Origin: Escherichia phage PO103-1
Reading direction: 5' to 3' (one strand)
DNA: 53,040 nt
Sequence record: NC_079175.1
Shown here piece after piece: positions 29,670 to 39,478 of the stretch. Under the pieces are notes generated by a model. That model had not been told where the DNA came from. It saw nothing but the letters and a program-made list of their open reading frames with translations, and did no database searches. The first letter of the stretch is position 1; every line of letters starts with the position of its first letter. The translations under genes and the position numbers were made by a program.

Positions 29670-30707
29670 TTATTTCTGGAGGTACTCTTCTTGAGTGAGG
29701 ATACGATTCTCTTTAAGGTCAAAGTATTCGTTAATGTTCTTGTAATGCCACAAGCGAACACAATTACCTTTTTCAATTTGATGGTGCATGTAAACAAGGC
29801 GACCTACTTTGAGCAGCTCTTGTTCCCAACCATCTCCGAAGCGCACAATATATGCACCAATAACTTTCTTCAAACCTTCTGCATAGGAGGTTGTACCATC
29901 CAGCATTTCGAATGAAGCAACTGCACCAATGCCGTCACGACGGAAATAAGTTTCTCCGGCTTTGGCACCAGTTTTGTAAATTCTTTCTTCAAGAACTCCG
30001 CAACCCATAACGTTATCCGTTGAGTCGCCAATAAGCAATTGATGCAAGAAGAATTTAGGGCCATTGCCTTTAACTTCTTTCTTCTTCGACTTGCCGTTGT
30101 CCTTGATGATTAACTTGAGTTCGCCGTAATCCTGAGGAGTTACAATCTTCTCACCAATACCTTGGGTTTCTCGTTCCCATTGGTAATGTTTAATTACTGG
30201 ACCAGCACCACCATTCTGCCCGATTTGTCGCAAGTCTTTGTCCAGCGACGCAATCCAGACTTCATCATATGTGCAAGGACCAATGCGCTTGAGGCTCTTA
30301 ATCTCATTACGTTTACCCATTGTCATTTCGTATTCATGACGCGCGAATACAGCAAGAAGGTCATCTGCTTCCAGACCCTTCATCCATACACCGTTCCAGG
30401 CAACCATGAGATGTGCTTTCGCATTCTTCAAGTTTTCTGGTCGCCATACGTCATCACGGTTGCCTTTGTAATTCTCGGCAAGAACGTTACGGAATGTTTT
30501 GGATGGTGAAATGCAGGTGACTACTTCTGTAGCTCCCACACGTTTCGCAAGGAATTCCATCTTGGAATCCATTGACATTTGAATCTTAGCAAAGTTAATA
30601 TCTTCTGAATCTTTGCCGTATTCCTCAGCAGCACAGTGACTGAATGCAACCATGTCGCCGTCAACCAGCAACAAAACTCGTTTCTTACTCACTTTGGTAA
30701 GCTCCAA
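29670..30707 (-). CDS. 5'-3' exonuclease / flap endonuclease
   Basis: N-terminal LLLVDGDMVAFSHC acidic cluster typical of the FEN/5'-3' exonuclease family. Confidence 0.7.
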   Translation of the reverse strand: MELTKVSKKRVLLLVDGDMVAFSHCAAEEYGKDSEDINFAKIQMSMDSKMEFLAKRVGATEVVTCISPSKTFRNVLAENYKGNRDDVWRPENLKNAKAHLMVAWNGVWMKGLEADDLLAVFARHEYEMTMGKRNEIKSLKRIGPCTYDEVWIASLDKDLRQIGQNGGAGPVIKHYQWERETQGIGEKIVTPQDYGELKLIIKDNGKSKKKEVKGNGPKFFLHQLLIGDSTDNVMGCGVLEERIYKTGAKAGETYFRRDGIGAVASFEMLDGTTSYAEGLKKVIGAYIVRFGDGWEQELLKVGRLVYMHHQIEKGNCVRLWHYKNINEYFDLKENRILTQEEYLQK

Positions 30708-30740
30708 AATTAAAGGCTCCCGAAGGAGCCATATTTATAG

Positions 30741-31607
30741 TTAGAACGGCATACCCGTACCGCTAGCAGCACCACCTTCCGCTTCACGCTGTGCTTTTGC
30801 AGCAGCCTGTGCTTCCAGTTCAGCTTTCATAGCTGCATCAACTTCTTCATCAGAAGCCTGATTCGGTACAGCGCCTTCATCGGCAGGTTTACCGCCTAAC
30901 AGTGCAGACAGCTTAGTCTTGTAGAAATCAACACCGGAAGTGATACGGTTCTTGATTGCATACGGAGATTCGCCACCTGGCAGTTTGTTGAATACTTCCA
31001 GGTCCGGCTCAGACATGTCGAAGAAGACAGTCGGGTTAACCAGAGCTTTAGCTTCTTTCTTCTCTTTAGACTTCATCGGAGAGAAGGTAGCAACTTTGTT
31101 AGCAACCTGACCAGCGTTCTTACCTGACTGCTTGGTATATTGAACAATGCCAACAATCAGAGGTTCGCCCAACCAGTCCGGCAGGTTCTTGGCAGGATGG
31201 CCCTGGATGCCTTGTTCCAGGTTAGGTTTAACTTCCAGTGCATCAATCGCCTTAGCGAATTTGTAGATGTGGGAGTTCTCACCCATGAAGCCGTCAGCAT
31301 TATAGGTAAACTCAAAGTCAAACCAACGCGGCTTGTCTTCAAGATTCTTCGCCATCATGATGCCGTCATCTTCGTCTGGGTCTTGGACCATGACCATTTT
31401 ACCTTCACTGTCAACTTCTTTCATGTACTCGTCGAGCAGTTCGAAAGTAACCAGAAGTTTCAGGGACGGAGTAGGATATTTAGCAGAACCAGGCTGTAAG
31501 CCCAGGTCGATAATACGGCAAACACGAGCAGGATAACCACCCGCTTCCAGTAATGGTGCAGCAGAAGGAGTCTTGTTCGAGGCCAGTGTAGGAGCAGCAA
31601 ATGCCAT
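30741..31607 (-). CDS. Hypothetical replication-module protein with C-terminal ...GMPF tail (possible ssDNA-binding protein)
   Basis: 288 aa adjacent to the DNA polymerase gene; Ala/Glu-rich C-terminus ending PF. Confidence 0.45.
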   Translation of the reverse strand: MAFAAPTLASNKTPSAAPLLEAGGYPARVCRIIDLGLQPGSAKYPTPSLKLLVTFELLDEYMKEVDSEGKMVMVQDPDEDDGIMMAKNLEDKPRWFDFEFTYNADGFMGENSHIYKFAKAIDALEVKPNLEQGIQGHPAKNLPDWLGEPLIVGIVQYTKQSGKNAGQVANKVATFSPMKSKEKKEAKALVNPTVFFDMSEPDLEVFNKLPGGESPYAIKNRITSGVDFYKTKLSALLGGKPADEGAVPNQASDEEVDAAMKAELEAQAAAKAQREAEGGAASGTGMPF

Positions 31608-31623
31608 TTTGAGTACCTTTAAA

Positions 31624-31869
31624 TTACAGTTGAGTGATAACTAGGGAGAAGTCCAGGTCGTTCATACAAGAGATTAACTCTTGCTCATTGACGACAGGAC
31701 CAGATAAAGTTTTAATGAATGCCTGATACACTGAATTGGTAGCAGAATCACTTCCAAATAATGTTTCAGCATTCTCGGTAATTACAGACAGCACAGCTTC
31801 CCGTGCGTCTTCACCTTTCTTGACAAAATGGAAATGGTCCACTTTGTCGAATATAGATACAACAACCAT
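31624..31869 (-). CDS. Hypothetical protein
   Basis: 81-aa ORF. Confidence 0.4.
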   Translation of the reverse strand: MVVVSIFDKVDHFHFVKKGEDAREAVLSVITENAETLFGSDSATNSVYQAFIKTLSGPVVNEQELISCMNDLDFSLVITQL

Positions 31870-33851
31870 TAGTGAATCTCTGCGTAGTTATCGCCAAATT
31901 GTACATCACATGCACAATCACGATTGAGTTTAAGTTCTTTGTTGGTCCGGTCCATTGCTTCATTAAGCAAGTCCGTCCACAAATCACGGAAACCTTTCTT
32001 AACTTGGAGAATCAATTCATCATGGAATTGTCCAGACAGAAGCGGGTCACAGCCCCAACGTTCATTACAAATTGCAATGATGTTGTTACACCAGATATCA
32101 AACACATATGCACCAGTACCCTGACACAATGTGGAGAATCGGTCTTTCTCTGTACGCAACGAATACCAGAATTTGTTTACTGGATTCTGTTGCCACATCT
32201 GACCATCAACTGTGATAACTTTGGTGTTTGCAGCAATCTCTTTAATAGACCAGTTCAAATCCCAATATGCTTTGTGCAGTCGTGCAGCAGTAGTCTGGTC
32301 ACAGCCAGCAGAACGAGCTACAGTTGGCACACCAGCACCATACTGACAAGCATAGTTTGTGGTCTTAAACATTGGACGTTGTTTACACTTCTTAATCCCG
32401 TCCTTGTGGTCCTGAGATTCCTGTTCTGTAATAAATCCACCAATTACGCCGATTGCAAGGTGGGCATCATAGTCTGGTGCCAACTGCTTCTTAACGTATT
32501 CAGGGTCATACATCCACTGGAAGTGGTGTTTACAACGGTCTTCCAGTGAGCACAAGTCAGAGCCTAACTGTTCGTAGTCTTCACGCCACGCTTCCAGCAT
32601 TGAACGCAGTTCTTCACCGCCAAATACACGAATAGAAGGGAGGTTAACAAGTTCGCGATGTTTAAGGCGTAAAGTATTGGTAAGGCCACCGCATCGTGCA
32701 GTAAGGAACCCATCTTCATCGACGTCGCGAAGGAAGCCATTAACAACAGACAGACGGTGTTTATACACGCCCATCCCAATAAGATGTTGAATACCAGAGT
32801 CGGGGTTTCTTTCCGCCAGCTTATGCAAGCTCGGACATATTTCAGGATTGCCATCTTCATCCTTCACAGTGATTTGTGGAATCTGGCGAGTTTCACCTGT
32901 TTCCTTGTTACGGTCAAACTTAAAGGTTTCCGGTTCCCAGCCTAAGCTGAACAACCAGTCTTTAATTTGCACATGAGAGCCAGCGTTAGGATTCTTATAA
33001 CCTTTAAGAACCTTGATAGCCAGGTCTGGGTCTTTCCAGTCCAAACCGTTTGCATCACAAATAGCTTTCCATTTGATGCCAGCGGAAGACAATTGTCCGT
33101 TCAACTTGTGGCATTTAGCTGGACGGGTTTTGATAACATATTCTGGAATACGTGGCATTGATGCTTCCAATGCGTCCGTCTTCTCTTTAATCATTGGTTC
33201 CAGCTTGGCCTTAAATGCCAATGCCTTCTCAATGTTCAACTTCCAGCGAGTACGTTGTTGAATAACTTGTTGACGAGCTTTTGTCATCAGATATTCAACG
33301 AAGCGCTTAACTTCGCTAGGAGATTTATAAATCTTCAAGAGTTGAATGTATTGCTGTTCCCACAGCTTCAACTGAATCTTGCAGTCTTCCATCACACGAT
33401 GGTTGTACTCTTCTTGAGTTTGATTTTCCCAATCTTCAATGACTGGTTTTGGCACACCAAACTCTTCGCCGTAACCCTCTAAGCCATGCTTAACACGACG
33501 AGGTTGCAAATACCAGCTGATAAACAAAGTATCAATTAAGGTACATTTTGAAACGTCGTAACCAAGGAACCTTAGTGCTTCAAAGTCAAAGGTTGCGCCG
33601 TTGTGCATGATTAGTGTTGGGCCTGTATCCAGAAATGCCTGGATAGATTTTCTGTCGGTCCATTCTATTACAGTTTCTTCACGAGTCAGAACATCAATAT
33701 ATCCGATGTTGTGAAGACGTGGTGCAGCTTGCTTACGCATTTGCTCCAACAGGCCAGTTGTTTCAATGTCACTGGCATACATATTTTCCCAAGGATACAA
33801 CACAGTATGGCTCCAATGGATTGGTGAGGACCACGCTGGTGGGCGAACCAT
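31869..33851 (-). CDS. DNA polymerase, family A, with 3'-5' exonuclease
   Basis: Exo I DIETTGL; motif B-like K...FKTTNYACQYG; motif C-like QFHDELIL. Confidence 0.85.
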   Translation of the reverse strand: MVRPPAWSSPIHWSHTVLYPWENMYASDIETTGLLEQMRKQAAPRLHNIGYIDVLTREETVIEWTDRKSIQAFLDTGPTLIMHNGATFDFEALRFLGYDVSKCTLIDTLFISWYLQPRRVKHGLEGYGEEFGVPKPVIEDWENQTQEEYNHRVMEDCKIQLKLWEQQYIQLLKIYKSPSEVKRFVEYLMTKARQQVIQQRTRWKLNIEKALAFKAKLEPMIKEKTDALEASMPRIPEYVIKTRPAKCHKLNGQLSSAGIKWKAICDANGLDWKDPDLAIKVLKGYKNPNAGSHVQIKDWLFSLGWEPETFKFDRNKETGETRQIPQITVKDEDGNPEICPSLHKLAERNPDSGIQHLIGMGVYKHRLSVVNGFLRDVDEDGFLTARCGGLTNTLRLKHRELVNLPSIRVFGGEELRSMLEAWREDYEQLGSDLCSLEDRCKHHFQWMYDPEYVKKQLAPDYDAHLAIGVIGGFITEQESQDHKDGIKKCKQRPMFKTTNYACQYGAGVPTVARSAGCDQTTAARLHKAYWDLNWSIKEIAANTKVITVDGQMWQQNPVNKFWYSLRTEKDRFSTLCQGTGAYVFDIWCNNIIAICNERWGCDPLLSGQFHDELILQVKKGFRDLWTDLLNEAMDRTNKELKLNRDCACDVQFGDNYAEIH

Positions 33852-33868
33852 GCAGCGTGGCAGCTCTG

Positions 33869-35632
33869 TTATTGATGTGGACCGTTCTTCTTGGTGAGTT
33901 GAACAATCTCTTTAGTTTCGAACAGAGAGTCATCCCAAGAACGTTGAATAATTCGACCAGATTCGGTGTCATAATACGTCTTGAAGCCTTCTGTTTTACC
34001 ACTCTTACGAGCTTTGATGGAACGAATAATAGAACAGTTTGGGTCAACTGCCTGGCTATTACGCTCAAAGCCGAACATACCATGAGAATATTTAGCAGCA
34101 GCACGGGAGCCAGTAAAGTCTGACTTCTTGATACGTCCACCATCCTCATGAGGTCGCTGACCTTTTGCCACAGGGTTAAGGTGCGACAGAATATTAACGT
34201 GGAACTGGTACTGGTCTGCTAACTTTGTAATGTCTGCATACAGCTTGCCCAGAAAGTCGTTCTTCTCTGACGCAGAAATCCCTTCCGATAAGTAGGTCAA
34301 GTTATCAAGGACAAACATATCAATGTCTGGTCCAATCTGACGAAGAATCGTCTTTAACCCATCCCAGGTTTCATAAGGGTCTTCTCCAGCTTGCTTGCGG
34401 TCCCAAATCTCCATGTTACGAAGCATCTTCGAAGCAGTTTGGCGGAACTTGGCTTCATCATATCGAGGGTCTTCACGAGTAAACGCAGGTTCCCAATATG
34501 GCAAGTTGTCATTAAGGCCAGCCATTCGGCGCAGTGTTTCTGTAGGAGTTTCCTCCATGTATGCGGTAAACACTCCCCAATCGTGCTTGGTAATGTTGTG
34601 ATGCACAATCTGACGGGACAAGGTAGTTTTACCACCACCTTCTGCACCACCGATTGTAATAACTTCGGCTCGACGTTGACCAAACATTAAGTCGGTTAAC
34701 TTGGGCCAAGGATAATCCACACCCTGTTCAACCTCGTCATCAAGCTCCTCCATAAGAAGTTCTTTGTTGACAAGTGCTGTAGGAAGAGGACGAGCAGCAC
34801 GGAATACAACAGCAGATTGAGTAGCTTTAAGCAAGCCACGCTTCAAACAATCGTTGGCATCGTTAGCTGGAAGTGTTGCAATCATCGCACCAGGCAACAA
34901 TCGACACGCTTCTTTTGCAGCTTTACGTCCAGGTTCATCATCATCAAATACGATAACAACCTGCTCCCAACGTTGCTTAATTTCTTCTGCAACTGGTGAC
35001 AAACATTTGTGTACGGAATCACTCCCGTCACTCAAACTAATTACAGCAAAATCCAAATCTTCATATGCACCACCACGGTTCATAGTTTTGAGGATTTGAC
35101 GCAATGCGATACAGTCTTCTTCACCTTCTGTGATGAACAGTGTCTTACCGCCAATTGCTTTTGCAGCCATCCAGTTGTAAGGGTCGTTACCCTGGGTGTC
35201 GCCAACTGACCACATTACTTTCTTGTTCAGAAGTTTAATCTTCCAACGAACAAGTTTACCATTTTTGGTGTAGCCATGTGCCAGAGCATTTGGAGTCTTC
35301 CCATCATACTCTGAATACAGAAGTCGAACACCAGCAGCTTTCCAGAATTCTGGTTCGATGCTGCGATGGGTTAAATCAAACGGAGGACAAGCAGTGATTT
35401 CATCAACTTCTTCCTGAATTTCTTCTGGAGTTTTGACTTTAATCTCTGGAATGTTCTCCGGGTTATTGCCATAAGGATTTGGTACTAGAACGCCACACGC
35501 AAAGCAGTAACCAGAGAAGTTCTTATTACCAGCTTCATCGACATTCAACCAAACCTGTAAAGACTTGCCAGATGTGGATTTACAGTCTGGTACATCGTGC
35601 TTAATCTTAGCCACACATTGCTTGACGTTCAT
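33869..35632 (-). CDS. Primase-helicase (Toprim plus DnaB/RecA-like ATPase)
   Basis: N-terminal Cys cluster, Toprim-like EGEEDCIAL and VIVFDDDEPG, Walker A GGAEGGGKTT. Confidence 0.75.
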   Translation of the reverse strand: MNVKQCVAKIKHDVPDCKSTSGKSLQVWLNVDEAGNKNFSGYCFACGVLVPNPYGNNPENIPEIKVKTPEEIQEEVDEITACPPFDLTHRSIEPEFWKAAGVRLLYSEYDGKTPNALAHGYTKNGKLVRWKIKLLNKKVMWSVGDTQGNDPYNWMAAKAIGGKTLFITEGEEDCIALRQILKTMNRGGAYEDLDFAVISLSDGSDSVHKCLSPVAEEIKQRWEQVVIVFDDDEPGRKAAKEACRLLPGAMIATLPANDANDCLKRGLLKATQSAVVFRAARPLPTALVNKELLMEELDDEVEQGVDYPWPKLTDLMFGQRRAEVITIGGAEGGGKTTLSRQIVHHNITKHDWGVFTAYMEETPTETLRRMAGLNDNLPYWEPAFTREDPRYDEAKFRQTASKMLRNMEIWDRKQAGEDPYETWDGLKTILRQIGPDIDMFVLDNLTYLSEGISASEKNDFLGKLYADITKLADQYQFHVNILSHLNPVAKGQRPHEDGGRIKKSDFTGSRAAAKYSHGMFGFERNSQAVDPNCSIIRSIKARKSGKTEGFKTYYDTESGRIIQRSWDDSLFETKEIVQLTKKNGPHQ

Positions 35633-35636
35633 TTAT

Positions 35637-36287
35637 TTATTCCTGGTTGGTCAGAGCCTTCCAACAAATTGGGAACAGTTCTGACATGATTTTATTCACT
35701 TCTTCCGCAAACAAGCGAACTTCATATTGCGCATGTTCGGAGGAACGTTGATTATACATAGATGCCCAGCCATAAAGTGAGCCAGTCCAAATCCATTCAG
35801 TCATCATGGATTGTGGAAGAACCATGCGAGCTTGCTCTGGTGCAATCCCCAAACCAATTAACGTTTCATACTCTGCGATGCAAGCCTTGTTATGGCTTTC
35901 CATGCGATAATGAATATCGTCAGCAAAATCTTGTGGCAACGGTTGTGCAGTCTGAGTCATCAACTTTTCAGGACGACCAAATACAACATCTGGTACAAAG
36001 CATTCAATCGAGATTGCTTCACCATCTTTGTAACGACGGCTAACCTCATTCCAACTAAAGCCAGTTTGATGTTTGCCAAGCTGACGTGCAATGAAGATTG
36101 GAGCTTTGCAACGCAATGTTACCTGTGCGTGGCGAAACGGCGTAATGTGTTTATGCTTTGCAAGAAACTCAATCAGCTTCTCGTCACGTAAAGATATTTC
36201 ATGCGACTCTGCACCATAAGAAACTCGTGCAGCATTAACAGTTGTAAGGTCGCTGCCCATGTGGTCAACGAGTGTTGCAGTAATCAT
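35637..36287 (-). CDS. thyX: Flavin-dependent thymidylate synthase
   Basis: RHAQVT...SWNEVSRRY resembles the ThyX signature; ATG with GGAG upstream. Confidence 0.8.
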   Translation of the reverse strand: MITATLVDHMGSDLTTVNAARVSYGAESHEISLRDEKLIEFLAKHKHITPFRHAQVTLRCKAPIFIARQLGKHQTGFSWNEVSRRYKDGEAISIECFVPDVVFGRPEKLMTQTAQPLPQDFADDIHYRMESHNKACIAEYETLIGLGIAPEQARMVLPQSMMTEWIWTGSLYGWASMYNQRSSEHAQYEVRLFAEEVNKIMSELFPICWKALTNQE

Positions 36288-36343
36288 TTGCTCTCCGGTT
36301 CATATGGTGGGAGATTAATTAGCTCCGCACCATGATAATGGTA

Positions 36344-36565
36344 TTATTTTAATGACGCCCGTAATGACGCATTTAGTACAGAACGCTTTTCATATTCGCG
36401 TTGATTGTACGTGTTTGTCAGTGCTTCCGCAGCCTCTATTGACAAGATTGCAAAACCGCCAAAGGCATTGCGAACTTCTCCAATATCCATGTACAGGACT
36501 TCACTGGTAATTTGGTTGGCTATTACGGCCTTATAAATCTCTTCGGCAATTTCAGCAGTTTTCAT
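36344..36565 (-). CDS. Hypothetical protein
   Basis: 73-aa ORF. Confidence 0.4.
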   Translation of the reverse strand: MKTAEIAEEIYKAVIANQITSEVLYMDIGEVRNAFGGFAILSIEAAEALTNTYNQREYEKRSVLNASLRASLK

Positions 36566-37500
36566 GTTTCTCTCCAGTTAAAATTTAAGTAAGTGCCCTG
36601 ACTATTACGAACATTACAAAACACTTATTAAATTTGATTCGAACCGCCCAAGTGAATCAGCCTTGTTTATGGGGACCATCGGGGAAAAGTATAAACCCGC
36701 TTAATGCTCGCATCATGTTTGAACATTAAGAACCCTCGACTTGCATATTTCATGTGTATAGGAACATAGTCTGGATTTTGAATCCAGCTAACTTCGGGAT
36801 GAGGAGTAACCCAAACGAAAGCCTGAACTTTCTTTCTGCACAACACAATCAGCGCAACTAAGCCGTATCGCTACGGTATGCCAGACGCTCTCTTGAGCCT
36901 TTTGAACAGAGGCATAACTGTTGGAGGTAGATTGGCGGATTCGGCGAACGCTAAGTTCACAATTACACAGTCGGCCTCGGATGCTTCATCCCTATCCCAT
37001 CGTGCAGGTTTAATTAACTCTACGAATCCATTGTTCGGGGGATTCACTGGAATCGAACCAGTCAGGTCGTTTCACCACGGTCAAGCCCGTACATACGAAA
37101 ATCCCATTGAATTTGGCGACCGATACGTTGGTCAGACGCTGTGGCCTTTACGCGGCCAACGTGCCATTAATGCTGGCAAGACAGAGCTAACGTTCTCAAG
37201 CACTTTGGCGAGGGTGTTCTCGGACACTGTTTTAGGAAGTGACCACCTGAACTTCTCGCGTTCATTACGGGACGTTCCAATCCTAGGAGGCAGCAATTTA
37301 TCATGTGTTATGCCCAGAGCACCAGGAATTACACCTACTATGCTACAAGTAGCTAGAGTCTCGTTATTTAAAGTCGCGCACTCCCTCGACTATGATATAC
37401 GTGTGTTTAAAGTCCCGTACCGGACTGCCAAATGAAATGCGATGGCGAGCATTTGTTTCACTGTACTTGTTTATAGATGCAACAGGCTCATCTTGTTCAC

Positions 37501-37710
37501 TCACTGTCGGGTAAGTTTCGAACACTTTTGTGCCCACGTTTCATTGTGGACTAAAATCTGTGTTTTGGTTTCGCGTGATAAGATTTTCACTTCTGCAACA
37601 TCCAAATAGATTGGTTGTGCAATTAAGCAATAATCACTTACGAACCCACTTTGAGAGCAACTCACTATCGACATTGCTATCAGAACTGCTAGACACTTCT
37701 TTCTGAACAT
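37501..37710 (-). CDS. Putative lipoprotein (o-spanin-like)
   Basis: Signal sequence with lipobox-like IVSC; start lies inside the 3' end of the upstream coiled-coil gene. Confidence 0.4.
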   Translation of the reverse strand: MFRKKCLAVLIAMSIVSCSQSGFVSDYCLIAQPIYLDVAEVKILSRETKTQILVHNETWAQKCSKLTRQ

Positions 37711-37870
37711 GCGATTTAATCTCGATAGATTCTTTTAATGAATCTAGTTGCTTCTCTGTGGCTTCCTGACGCTCCTCGGCTTTGCCTGAGCTTTTGCCTT
37801 TGAGGAACACTGCAATGATAATACCAAATGCAGTCAGGACGCCAAGAACTATTGATTTAAGCTGTTGCAT
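37634..37870 (-). CDS. Membrane-anchored coiled-coil protein (i-spanin-like)
   Basis: N-terminal transmembrane segment then charged helical region; strong RBS AAGGTGA; overlaps the lipoprotein gene. Confidence 0.45.
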   Translation of the reverse strand: MQQLKSIVLGVLTAFGIIIAVFLKGKSSGKAEERQEATEKQLDSLKESIEIKSHVQKEVSSSSDSNVDSELLSKWVRK

Positions 37871-37878
37871 AAATCACC

Positions 37879-38019
37879 TTAGATGGCGCACGCACCACTT
37901 GAGCAGTCGTTATCGCCCTCACCAGGAACGATTGCTTCTTCGTCCTGCTTCTTCTTAAGTTCTTCAATTGCTTCTTCGGCAGCACCGAAGTCTAAGTTAT
38001 CAAGTGCATCAAAATCCAT
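37879..38019 (-). CDS. Small acidic protein
   Basis: About 46 aa (MDFDALDNLDF...CSSGACAI); ATG with GGAG 7 nt upstream; the longer tracked ORF would overlap the tRNA-like element. Confidence 0.3.
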   Translation of the reverse strand: MDFDALDNLDFGAAEEAIEELKKKQDEEAIVPGEGDNDCSSGACAI

Positions 38020-38051
38020 AAGGACTCCAGTATTGCGAATTATTAAAGTGG

Positions 38052-38144
38052 GTGGACGAGGTTGGATTCGAACCAACGACACATCTGTCGAACAGATTGC
38101 TCTACCTGACTAAGCTCTGGAGCAGACCTTCTGAGCTACTCGTC
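38052..38144 (-). ncRNA. tRNA-like element (possible degenerate or unusual tRNA)
   Basis: Perfect 7-bp acceptor pairing GGACGAG/CTCGTCC, canonical UAGCUCAG and GGUAGAGC D-arm pieces, T-arm GUUGG-UUCGAAU-CCAAC; but about 24 extra nt in the D region and a 5-nt anticodon-position loop. Confidence 0.35.
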
Positions 38145-39017
38145 CAAAAATTGGGTGGGTTTTGGTAACGCAGGTTTTCCCGAACTGCGAGGCTTGTAGA
38201 ATCAGTGAGCCGCCTGTTTGGTATCTTCGGCCTGCCGTGGATTGATGGTCCCGACTCACTTCATCTCAGGTACGAGGCACTACTTTGCGAGTGCAAGCAG
38301 GTGTTGAACCCAAGTACCAACAGGCAACCTAACTTATCCCACCTTCATGGGCATCGTTGGTTTGAGCAGTTTATTTCCATGCTCAGGGCAACTCACTTTA
38401 GGGTGAATTAGGTTACGCAGTGCAGCTTCGAAGTCGCTGCCACAGGTTTGAGGTTCCTGTGTGGAGGGAAATCCAGAGGAGCACTTCCCCAAGGAGTTAC
38501 GTTTCAAATTGGCATAGCTTCTCACACCAAACCAATTGAAGACATTCCAGTGTGCTCGTCCGTCCTCTAGAAATATCCAACTGCATAATTAAGTTTGTAC
38601 TCTGTCACATCCCCACGCGCACTGAGGGACTTAAGCCTGCATTGCATCGCAGAATACAAATTAATTATTGCTCCGATTTATTAATCACATCTCGAAGCCA
38701 CAATGCGCCAAATTTGGTTACGTGGGATTGGAAGACCACGGAGAGAACTTAAATTTAATTAAGCTGCAACTCGCATTTCAGAATCATTTGCATTTATTTT
38801 AAATGAATAAAACAGCCGCATGATAACGAATGAAAACTACTTCAATGAACACTCTTGTCTGGGCCATGAGCTTGGGCATCGGCCTACCTCCCAACTCTAA
38901 TCACAAGAATGCTCATTGAAGCCCACTCACTCTGGAATGGGTTCAAGGCAGCACCGGAAAACTTCCAGTGCATGCCAGATCGATTTAGCTTAGTCTCTCA
39001 AGTTTGCCATCGGCAAC

Positions 39018-39356
39018 TTAGAATACCGGAGCTTCTTCAACAGCAGCTTCGGCAGCTTCGGCAACACTTGCGTCAGCAACTTTAGCTTCTTTCGGAGTAT
39101 CGAACTTAGTACGCTCAACTTCCGGCTCACCAGCTTCAACCCACGGCAGGTAGAATGCCAGGAACTGCTCGATGGTGTTCTTCTGCATGGAGCGAGAACG
39201 GTCGATAGCGCCAACGGTGTTCAGGTACGCTTCGGCAGCTTTCTCAATTTTAGCACCGTTTTCCAGTTTGAAGTCATGTGCATTACACTCTGCTTCGGTC
39301 AGGAACAGGGAACCATCGTTAGCTTCGTACTGAGTTACGGTTACAATCTTAGCCAT
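39018..39356 (-). CDS. Hypothetical early protein with acidic C-terminus ...EEAPVF
   Basis: 112-aa ORF, first gene after the GC-rich non-coding block. Confidence 0.5.
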   Translation of the reverse strand: MAKIVTVTQYEANDGSLFLTEAECNAHDFKLENGAKIEKAAEAYLNTVGAIDRSRSMQKNTIEQFLAFYLPWVEAGEPEVERTKFDTPKEAKVADASVAEAAEAAVEEAPVF

Positions 39357-39437
39357 TTGTATATACCTTATATTGAATAGTTTTGCACGCCACGGTGACG
39401 TGACTTAGATAAATTAAAGAGCCTTTCTCTTTCCACA

Positions 39438-39454
39438 TCCAACTAATGTTTCAG
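39438..39454 (-). promoter_or_regulatory. Early-region conserved motif copy (minus sense ctgaaACATTAGTTGGA)
   Basis: About 80 nt upstream of 39018..39356. Confidence 0.35.
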
Positions 39455-39478
39455 AACTGCTCTGATTCGACAAACGAC

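Noticed and set aside
37038-37105. Second tRNA-like element on the minus strand (T-arm ACTGG-TTCGATT-CCAGT with acceptor-like pairing)
   Set aside because: Only about 68 nt, and no acceptable D-arm or anticodon stem could be folded by eye; reported only as a pointer for tRNAscan-SE.
36878-37435. 185-aa plus-strand ORF, the only sizeable plus-strand ORF outside antisense overlaps
   Set aside because: No Shine-Dalgarno upstream, low-complexity translation, lies in a GC-rich structured non-coding block where long chance ORFs are expected; comparable antisense ORFs (2452..3240, 31872..32549) are clearly spurious.
38334-38525. 63-aa minus-strand ORF in the GC-rich block
   Set aside because: No RBS and low-complexity translation; likely non-coding.
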